This document shows, one piece after another, positions 57,662 through 64,000 of a stretch of 64,000 bases of DNA. The DNA comes from Desulfovibrio sp. (GTDB lineage Bacteria; Desulfobacterota; Desulfovibrionia; Desulfovibrionales; Desulfovibrionaceae). Made by a program: the position numbers and the translations under genes. The stretch is taken from assembly GCA_031288535.1 (NCBI GenBank), contig JAITRF010000060.1, forward strand, positions 13,519 to 77,518, in the 5' to 3' direction. The notes under the pieces are model-generated. The model was not told the DNA's origin, ran no database searches, and worked only from the letters and a program-made list of their open reading frames with translations. The stretch's first letter is position 1, and each line of letters begins with the position of its first letter.

Positions 57662-58231
57662 ATGTTCAACTTTTTGCTGCGTTACCCATTATTTGCGCTG
57701 AGCGTTGTCCTGTTTTCGGTCTGTCCGGTTTTTGCCGCGAACACCGGGGACAAGATCGCTACATTGATAACTTCCAGCAGAATGGATTATGACGCCACCG
57801 CCCAGACAGTTTTGTTTTCCGGAAACGTCCATGTGACAAGACCGGACTTTGAGCTATGGTCCGACAAAATGACCGTCTACCTTGAAAAGTCTTCGAAGAC
57901 GCAGGCGGTTCCTGAAACCGTAGGAATGGAGGCAGGGGACATTGATCGGATCGTGGCCGAAGGTTCCGTGAGAATGCGTAGCGATAAAAAACGCGGAACC
58001 TGTGACAAGGCTACGTACTACTCAAAAAATGAACATTTTGTCATGGAGGGTTCTCCAGAACTCCGGGACGAGCGGCAGAGCGTTATTACAGGTGGAACCA
58101 TAGTGCATAATTTCACCACGAACCATAGTGAAGTGCTGAACACATCCAGAGTGGTCTTTTACACCCCGGATAAAAAAGAAGGTTCCGGAGCGCGAAGCGC
58201 AGCCCCGACGCCGGGGAAAAAGACGCGGTGA
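57662..58231 (+). CDS. lptA: LPS transport periplasmic protein LptA (OstA-like)
   Basis: Signal peptide and the OstA_N pattern (I.S..M.YD......F.GNV.V....), with conserved synteny. Confidence 0.8.
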   Translation: MFNFLLRYPLFALSVVLFSVCPVFAANTGDKIATLITSSRMDYDATAQTVLFSGNVHVTRPDFELWSDKMTVYLEKSSKTQAVPETVGMEAGDIDRIVAEGSVRMRSDKKRGTCDKATYYSKNEHFVMEGSPELRDERQSVITGGTIVHNFTTNHSEVLNTSRVVFYTPDKKEGSGARSAAPTPGKKTR

Positions 58232-58965
58232 ACCTTGGCGGAAAATGCCTGCTGCAGGCGAAAGAACTGCGCAAACGCTATGGAGACCGCGAGGTGGTGC
58301 GCGGAGTTTCCTTTGAAGTGCGGAACAGAGAAATCGTCGGTATTCTCGGACCCAACGGCGCCGGCAAAACCACCAGTTTTTACATGGTGATCGGTATCCA
58401 GAAACCTACGAGCGGCTCAGTTTATATGGACGGGGCGGACATAGCCGGCCTGCCCATGCACGAGCGCGCAAGACGGGGTCTGTCCTATCTGCCTCAGGAG
58501 AGCTCGGTGTTCAGGCGCCTAAGCGTGCTGGACAACCTGCGCATAATTCTGGAGTATACGGATATGGACAGAAGCGAACAAAAAAAAAGGGCCGACCGTC
58601 TGCTTGAGGAATTCGGCATAGCCCATCTGCGGGATTCATTGGCCGCGCATCTTTCCGGAGGAGAGCGCCGCCGTCTGGAGATCGCCAGGTCCTTAATCCG
58701 GGATCCTGAATTCATCTTGTTGGACGAGCCATTCGCAGGCATCGATCCTCTTGCGGTCGACGATATCCAGTCCCTCATCAGGGATCTGAAAGACAGGGGA
58801 ATCGGCGTGCTGATCTCCGACCATAATGTACGCGAGACGCTCAGCATTTGCGACCGCGCCTATCTGATGCACGAAGGCGTGATCATAGTACAGGGAACGC
58901 CCGGTGAGGTTGTTTGCGATCCCAGAGCCAGGCGGGTGTATCTGGGAGAAACTTTTCAGATGTAG
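58228..58965 (+). CDS. lptB: LPS export ABC transporter ATP-binding protein LptB
   Basis: GPNGAGKTT, LSGGERRRLEIARSL and ILLDEPFAGIDP motifs. GTGA overlap with lptA. Confidence 0.9.
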   Translation: MNLGGKCLLQAKELRKRYGDREVVRGVSFEVRNREIVGILGPNGAGKTTSFYMVIGIQKPTSGSVYMDGADIAGLPMHERARRGLSYLPQESSVFRRLSVLDNLRIILEYTDMDRSEQKKRADRLLEEFGIAHLRDSLAAHLSGGERRRLEIARSLIRDPEFILLDEPFAGIDPLAVDDIQSLIRDLKDRGIGVLISDHNVRETLSICDRAYLMHEGVIIVQGTPGEVVCDPRARRVYLGETFQM

Positions 58966-59005
58966 TTTTTTTGTTGTCTCAATATTAAAGTTAACATAAT
59001 TTACA

Positions 59006-59461
59006 TTATGGGCGTTTCCCGTCGCGCAAAACCTGGCCGGCAGCAATGATGCCCTCACATCCGGATTTAATCGCCCGATCCGCGATTTCCCGAAGCGACA
59101 GGTTCCTGTTCTCAAGAATACGCAGTAACATGGGCAGGTTTACGCCTGTGACAACTTCCACGTCCGTGCGCGAACCCAGAAGCGACAAGCTCAAGTTTGT
59201 GGGTGTGCCGCCGAACATATCCGTCAGCACAAGCACGCCGTGTCCGTTACTCAGTAATTTTACCGCGTCTTGCAGCCGTGACACCACCTCCGCCGTTTCC
59301 AAGGTCGAATCCACCTGTATGCAGGTACAATCCTGAACCGGCCCGCTGATGAATTCCGCGGCGCGCAACAAGGCGCTGCCGTAGTCCAGGTGCGTGACTA
59401 TGATTATGCCGGCCTGCGGTGATTTGCTTATGGCGTCAGACATTATCGTTTCCTCCGTCAT
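59006..59461 (-). CDS. PTS EIIA component, mannose/fructose (Man) family
   Basis: GIIIVTHLDYG (active-site His region) and LTDMFGGTPTN motifs. Confidence 0.8.
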   Translation of the reverse strand: MTEETIMSDAISKSPQAGIIIVTHLDYGSALLRAAEFISGPVQDCTCIQVDSTLETAEVVSRLQDAVKLLSNGHGVLVLTDMFGGTPTNLSLSLLGSRTDVEVVTGVNLPMLLRILENRNLSLREIADRAIKSGCEGIIAAGQVLRDGKRP

Positions 59462-59594
59462 ATTTCTCCTCTGTCTCCTCTTGCGGCGCGCGCTTGGAGC
59501 GACCGGGCGCGGCGAACGGCGACCTGCTTGCGGCGGGCGCGCCTCAACGCCTTTCCCGTGCCTTTCTGAAAAAGCCGTTTTTGAAACGTGCTTC

Positions 59595-59630
59595 GCCGTC
59601 AGGCGACAATCTCAAGCGTAAAATGCTCTA
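59595..59630 (+). repeat. Partial copy of the intergenic repeat (3' arm of hairpin 3 + tail), overlapping the rapZ stop
   Basis: gccgtcaggcgacaatctcaagcgtaaaatgctcta. The final CTA is the complement of the rapZ TAG. Confidence 0.8.
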
Positions 59631-60551
59631 TCCGAGCTCCAGATGCCGGTGTTCCAACGTGGGAGAATAGTTTTTTTCTCTGAACGCCTCGGCAAGGGCT
59701 TCAGCCACGGCAACCGAGCGGTGTCTGCCGCCGGTACAGCCGATAGCCACGGTAAGCCTGTAGCGTCCCTCTTTTTCGTTCTGTTTCAGAATAAATTCCA
59801 GAAATGCCAGAAGTTTGGTAAAAAACTTCCGGCCCTGGCCGTTTTTAAGAACGTAATCCCGCACCGGCGCATCCAACCCGGATAAGGGTTTAAGTTCAGG
59901 TATGAAATAAGGATTCGGCAGAAAGCGCAAATCGAAGACCATATCCGCTTCGGACGGGGTTCCGTATTTGAAGCCGAACGTGACAAGATGGATTTTGAGA
60001 TTTCGTGTGAGTTTGCTGAACATGCCCCATTTGGTCTGGATAAGGCGGCGCAGATCGTGGATGGAATGAGACGAGGTATCCATAACCAGATCCGCGCTTT
60101 TGCGCAGGTGCCGCAGGCGATAGCGCTCCTGCGCCATGGCCTGCTCAAGCCCCAGACCCTCTTTTTCCAGAGGGTGCGGTCTTCTCGTGGTCGCATAGCG
60201 TTTCAGAAGGATATCGTTGTTCGCTTCAAAAAAAATGACGCGGGGAACAAAGCCCTGAGAGGTCAGATCGTTCAGCGCCCCGTCCCAACCTTGAAGGAAA
60301 TCGCTTTGGCGCAAGTCCATCCCCAGAGCCACACCCCGGTATTTATCCAGGCCGTGTTCGCGGATCATCTTCGCCATGGGCACGGCAAATTCCACCGGCA
60401 GTCCGTCCACTGTAACGAAATTCATGTCCTCGAACACTGCCAGAGCGGTGCTTTTCCCGGAACCGGACAGGCCTGTTATGATGACCACCGCGATATTGTT
60501 CGCCCCGGCAGCGACAGAAAGCGATCCTGACGGAGAGACCCCGACTGCCAT
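59628..60551 (-). CDS. rapZ: RNase adapter / P-loop NTPase RapZ (YhbJ)
   Basis: VVIITGLSGSGKSTAL, FFLDARN-like region and C-terminal CTGGRHRSVA motif. Confidence 0.9.
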   Translation of the reverse strand: MAVGVSPSGSLSVAAGANNIAVVIITGLSGSGKSTALAVFEDMNFVTVDGLPVEFAVPMAKMIREHGLDKYRGVALGMDLRQSDFLQGWDGALNDLTSQGFVPRVIFFEANNDILLKRYATTRRPHPLEKEGLGLEQAMAQERYRLRHLRKSADLVMDTSSHSIHDLRRLIQTKWGMFSKLTRNLKIHLVTFGFKYGTPSEADMVFDLRFLPNPYFIPELKPLSGLDAPVRDYVLKNGQGRKFFTKLLAFLEFILKQNEKEGRYRLTVAIGCTGGRHRSVAVAEALAEAFREKNYSPTLEHRHLELG

Positions 60552-60563
60552 GCAAAATCCCGC

Positions 60564-61112
60564 CTATTCCCCGGGGTCGATGAGGCCGAACCCACCCTGC
60601 TTGCGCCTGTACAGAACATTTATTCTGTCGGTTTCGGCATTGATGAAAATAAAAACCGCGTCATCCCTTTGCCGCATCTGCAAAGCCGCCTCGTCCGCGA
60701 ACATCGGCTTGGGCTCCACCTGCTCGCTCACTATAACGGGCACCTCTTCCTCTCTCTCCTGCGGCAAAGGGTTTTCCGGGTCTACGCTTGCCGCGCCGGG
60801 GCTTTTCCGGGACTCACGCCTTTTCTCGCGCATGCGGTCCACATGTTTTTTTAGTTGGGCCTCGATTTTATCCTTGACCAGATCGACAGTGGCATACATA
60901 TCCGAGGATTGTTCCACAGCCGATATGGAGATGCCGTCGCCGGCCAGCAACACGTCGGCTTTATGACGGAATTTGTCCACGGTGAGTACGGCGGTCAGGT
61001 CTATATTGCCGGCACGATGAAGGAACCGCCCCAGTTTTTTAAACCGATGCTCGGCATAAGAACGCAGATGCGCTGAAGGTTCAAAATTTTTAAAAGTCAA
61101 GGCAATGTTCAT
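60564..61112 (-). CDS. hpf: Ribosome hibernation promoting factor, long form
   Basis: ORF 60564..61166; ATG 61112 after AGGAGG. MNIALTFKNFEPSAHLRSYAE..KL.RF and a C-terminal dimerisation domain. Confidence 0.9.
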   Translation of the reverse strand: MNIALTFKNFEPSAHLRSYAEHRFKKLGRFLHRAGNIDLTAVLTVDKFRHKADVLLAGDGISISAVEQSSDMYATVDLVKDKIEAQLKKHVDRMREKRRESRKSPGAASVDPENPLPQEREEEVPVIVSEQVEPKPMFADEAALQMRQRDDAVFIFINAETDRINVLYRRKQGGFGLIDPGE

Positions 61113-61162
61113 ATAACCTCCTTGTGTATGAACAGGCCGGGCTCGCTCCGGTCTTCCGACGG

Positions 61163-62587
61163 TCAAAAAAACATTCTTCGCTTGGATGAGGAAGGTATTC
61201 CCAGGGCTGTGCGATACTTAGCAACCGTTCGCCGCGCGATGCTGACCTTGAGTTCTTCCTTGAGAAGTTCGCCGATATATTCGTCACTCATCGGCGCTTT
61301 TGGGTCTTCTGCGGCAATGTATCGTTTAATCAACGATTTTACGCTTTCGGAACCGACTTCCGTGCCGTCGTCCAGAGACAGCGAACTGTTGAAGAAAAAC
61401 TTCAACTCAAAGGTTCCGTACGGCGTGGCCGCGTATTTATTGGAAGTTATGCGGCTGATTGTGGATTCGTGCATATTTATGTCATCCGCGATATCTTTGA
61501 GAATCAAGGGCTTGAGACAGGAAATACCGTTCAGGAAAAAGTCTTTCTGGAAACGGACGATGCTTTCCATAACCTTGTAGAGCGTGCGCTGCCTTTGGAA
61601 GAGACTCTTGATCAACCATTCAGCCGCATGTTTTTTTTCCTGATAATATTCCCTGTCGGCGATGCTGGCCGTTTTAATACTGTCCGGGTAAAGCGAGGAC
61701 AACTGAAGCCGGGGAAGCCCGTCCTCGTTGAGTACGATGATGAAGTCGTCGTCCATGCGGTATACATAGACATCGGGAGAAATATAGGTCGGTTCGCTGC
61801 CGCCGAAGCTGGCGCCTGGCATGGGATCGAGCCCCTGGATTATGTCCAGGTATTCTTTCAAATCTTCAAGCGTCAGTTTAAATTTGCGCAAAATAGTTTT
61901 ATAGCGCTTTGCTTCCAGGTCTTCCAAGTGTTCGGTCACCAGTGACACCAAGACTGGATCCCGGTCATAGTGCAAATTTTCAAGCTGGATGAGCAGACAT
62001 TCCTGCGGGGTTCGCGCGGCCACTCCCACCGGGTCGAAACGCTGAACTGCGGCCAGGACTTTTTCGGTTTTCTCGACAGTAGCTCCGGCCAGGGCGGCCA
62101 AATCCTGGATCGAGGCCTGCAGATAGCCGGAAGAACTCAAGTTTCCTATGATTGCTTCGCCGATGTTCATTTCTTCGTCCGTAAGGCGGGAGAAGCGCAA
62201 CTGCCAGGCGAGATGTCCCTCAAGGGTCCGCGTCCCCGCATAGCGGGCCTCGAAATTGGCCCCGTCTTCCAGGCTTTCCATCTCATGCCGCGACGACTGC
62301 CTTGAGGTGCTGGAAAAATCGCCCAGATAATCCTCCCAGTCCGCGTTGCGGGCGACTTCCGCGCTATAGGCGTCCTTGTCGTCCTCGCCGCCGGGTCGCT
62401 TTTCCTCAGCGGGCTGGACGTTTTCCTCAATCACTTCCTCAAGAAAAGGGTTTTCCAGAAGTTCACTTTGCACCGTTTCCACCAGTTCCAGGCGTGAAAG
62501 CTGCAATAGCCGGATAGCCTGCTGCAACTGCGGCGTCATAATGATCTGTTGAGTCAGTTTCAATTGTTGGCGTAGTCCGAGATCCAT
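61163..62587 (-). CDS. rpoN: RNA polymerase sigma-54 factor
   Basis: N-terminal LxLxQQL region I and C-terminal RpoN box ARRTVAKYR. Confidence 0.95.
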   Translation of the reverse strand: MDLGLRQQLKLTQQIIMTPQLQQAIRLLQLSRLELVETVQSELLENPFLEEVIEENVQPAEEKRPGGEDDKDAYSAEVARNADWEDYLGDFSSTSRQSSRHEMESLEDGANFEARYAGTRTLEGHLAWQLRFSRLTDEEMNIGEAIIGNLSSSGYLQASIQDLAALAGATVEKTEKVLAAVQRFDPVGVAARTPQECLLIQLENLHYDRDPVLVSLVTEHLEDLEAKRYKTILRKFKLTLEDLKEYLDIIQGLDPMPGASFGGSEPTYISPDVYVYRMDDDFIIVLNEDGLPRLQLSSLYPDSIKTASIADREYYQEKKHAAEWLIKSLFQRQRTLYKVMESIVRFQKDFFLNGISCLKPLILKDIADDINMHESTISRITSNKYAATPYGTFELKFFFNSSLSLDDGTEVGSESVKSLIKRYIAAEDPKAPMSDEYIGELLKEELKVSIARRTVAKYRTALGIPSSSKRRMFF

Positions 62588-62757
62588 GCGAAATCCTTAT
62601 CTGTTTCATGCATATTGCCATAGTTTACTTTTTTATGCAAGCTTTGTGCCTTATTTGTCAAATATAATGTTTTCGCCGCTGCAAGCCATTCCGGAAGCTC
62701 TATGCAAGTGATTTTGATCAGGCGCGTTGACCGGAGACTGCGCTTTTCCGGCTCGGG

Positions 62758-62879
62758 CAAGTTCAACTTTGAAAAGTTGGACCGGTCCGCAAGGATTTAC
62801 TTGCAAATCCTTGCCCCGAAATGCTTGTAGGCAGGCTTTGCCCGCCGTTAAACAAGTATTTCAAGCGTAACTGCTCTAG
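62758..62879 (+). repeat. Full copy of the tri-palindromic intergenic repeat
   Basis: caagttcaactttgaaaagttggaccggtc / cgcaaggatttacttgcaaatccttgc / cccgaaatgcttgtaggcaggctttgcccgccgttaaacaagtatttc / aagcgtaactgctctag. The final CTA is the complement of the TAG stop of the next gene. Confidence 0.95.
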
Positions 62880-64000
62880 TGCCGCCTCTTCTCGAAGACC
62901 AGAAGGTTTTCCACGTGCGGGCTGTAGGGGAACATGTCCAGAGGCAGACTTTTCAGCGCCCGCCAGCTCCCGCTCAGGCGCAAGGCATCGCGTGCCTGAC
63001 TTGCCGGGTTGCAGGAAACATAAAGCAGACGGCGGGCCGGCACGGCAAGCAGCAGTTCGATCAGGGCATCGGGCAGCCCAAAACGCGGCGGATCTGCAAT
63101 GACGAGGTCCGGCGCAGGCAGATTGCACGCCGCATCGGGAAAATTCAGATCGCAGACATGAAAAAAACAGTTTGACAGGCCGAGGGCGCCGGCATTTTCC
63201 CGGGCACAGGCTACCGCTTCGGGCGAGACTTCAGCCCCGTGGACAAACGCCGCAGACCTTGCCAGAAACATGGCTATACAGCCGACCCCAGAGAACAGAT
63301 CCCAGACAATATCCCTGGAACACGCCTTCGCCTCCCCGGCGACAAGTTCGAAAAGACGCAACGCGACCTTTGTGTTCGTCTGCAGAAAGGCATTGTATGG
63401 GGCTTTTGCCGTCACATGTCCGAAGGATTCAAGATAGGTATCCGAACCGAAGCTTTGCACTTTTTTTTCTCCATAGGCGATATCCGAACGCGCGCGGCGT
63501 TCCGTATGCACAAAACCCGTCAGGGCAAAGCGCTCCATCAGCCTCTCCCCCAGCATGTGCAGTTTCTCAAGCCGGGTGAAGCCTGCGCCGTCGTTGGCGA
63601 TGTCGTCTCCCTGCCCCGCCTTGTCCCGGACAAGGTGGTCCGGTCCGCTGATAACCTCAATCAGCAGCTGTCGCCTGCCGTCTGGCATATATTCCGGGCT
63701 GTGCGCCACCAGCCTGCGCAGATAGCCGGGGTCTCCGGACAATGCCCCTTTCCCGGCGGCATTGCGCACAGGCTTCCCCCAAGCCGGAATGCCGAGACGA
63801 TTTACTTCCCGGCGCACGTACTCCAGCAGCCGCATCACAGTCGCATCCTGGGCTACGCAATGAGTCGTCTCAATGAGCCTGAGTCCGTCTCTGCCGCGCA
63901 AGCCCAGGAGAACCTCGTCGTTCCCGGCCGGAGCGAATGCGTAGGATACTTTGGCGCGCCAGGCGAGTTTGCGTGCCGAGGGTTCTACGGGGCTTATATC
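62876..64000 (-). CDS. RumA/TrmA-family SAM-dependent RNA (uracil-5-)-methyltransferase (5' end runs off the right edge of the window)
   Basis: DLFSGVGCIAMFLA, ADPPRFGL and YVSCNPAS motifs. The frame stays open from 63901 to 64000 (..DISPVEPSARKLAWRAKVSYAF..), so the true start lies outside the window. Confidence 0.8.
   Translation of the reverse strand, partial: DISPVEPSARKLAWRAKVSYAFAPAGNDEVLLGLRGRDGLRLIETTHCVAQDATVMRLLEYVRREVNRLGIPAWGKPVRNAAGKGALSGDPGYLRRLVAHSPEYMPDGRRQLLIEVISGPDHLVRDKAGQGDDIANDGAGFTRLEKLHMLGERLMERFALTGFVHTERRARSDIAYGEKKVQSFGSDTYLESFGHVTAKAPYNAFLQTNTKVALRLFELVAGEAKACSRDIVWDLFSGVGCIAMFLARSAAFVHGAEVSPEAVACARENAGALGLSNCFFHVCDLNFPDAACNLPAPDLVIADPPRFGLPDALIELLLAVPARRLLYVSCNPASQARDALRLSGSWRALKSLPLDMFPYSPHVENLLVFEKRRH

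Overview
High-GC (roughly 57-60% by eye) bacterial chromosomal window. The gene content points to a sulfate-reducer-like Desulfovibrionaceae genome (inference): hdrCBA-flxDCBA, a split atpZ-I-B-E F0 operon, hypAB, and a sigma-54/hpf/rapZ cluster. About 60 protein genes are supported. These are a 4-gene sugar-modification operon, a CysB-like LysR regulator, DegP, TsaC, a GT2, a ThiC-family enzyme plus a nitroreductase, a GNAT, an fbpABC-type iron ABC transporter, and the ATP synthase F0 genes. Further along are Smr, hypBA, hdrCBA-flxDCBA, a bactofilin, rodA-mrdA-mreDCB, dnaE, leuABCD, cobS, a radical SAM enzyme, and a lipid A/LPS block (GT9, msbA, DUF374, lpxL-like, kdsA, kdsC, lptCAB). The window ends with purQ, pyrG, the rpoN-hpf-rapZ-EIIA cluster and a RumA-like methyltransferase. 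I found no rRNA, tRNA or CRISPR array. The most unusual signal is non-coding. A dense family of ~120-bp repeats fills many intergenic regions (4 full and at least 7 partial copies). Each full copy is three consecutive palindromes plus a conserved tail. One hairpin shows compensatory base changes between copies, and the repeat termini (TAGAGCA / TGCTCTA) coincide with the stop codons of seven flanking ORFs. Secondary observations are listed here:
- a terminator/attenuator and a 48-codon Ile/Leu-ended small ORF upstream of leuA
- dnaE abutting leuB
- mreC apparently needing a non-canonical ATT start
- an AT-richer iron-uptake islet flanked by a phage-gene fragment and a transposase fragment
- a KdnA/KdnB-like sugar operon
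- a good sigma-54 promoter match upstream of the LPS genes
All calls rest on reading the supplied sequence and ORF translations. No database search was run.
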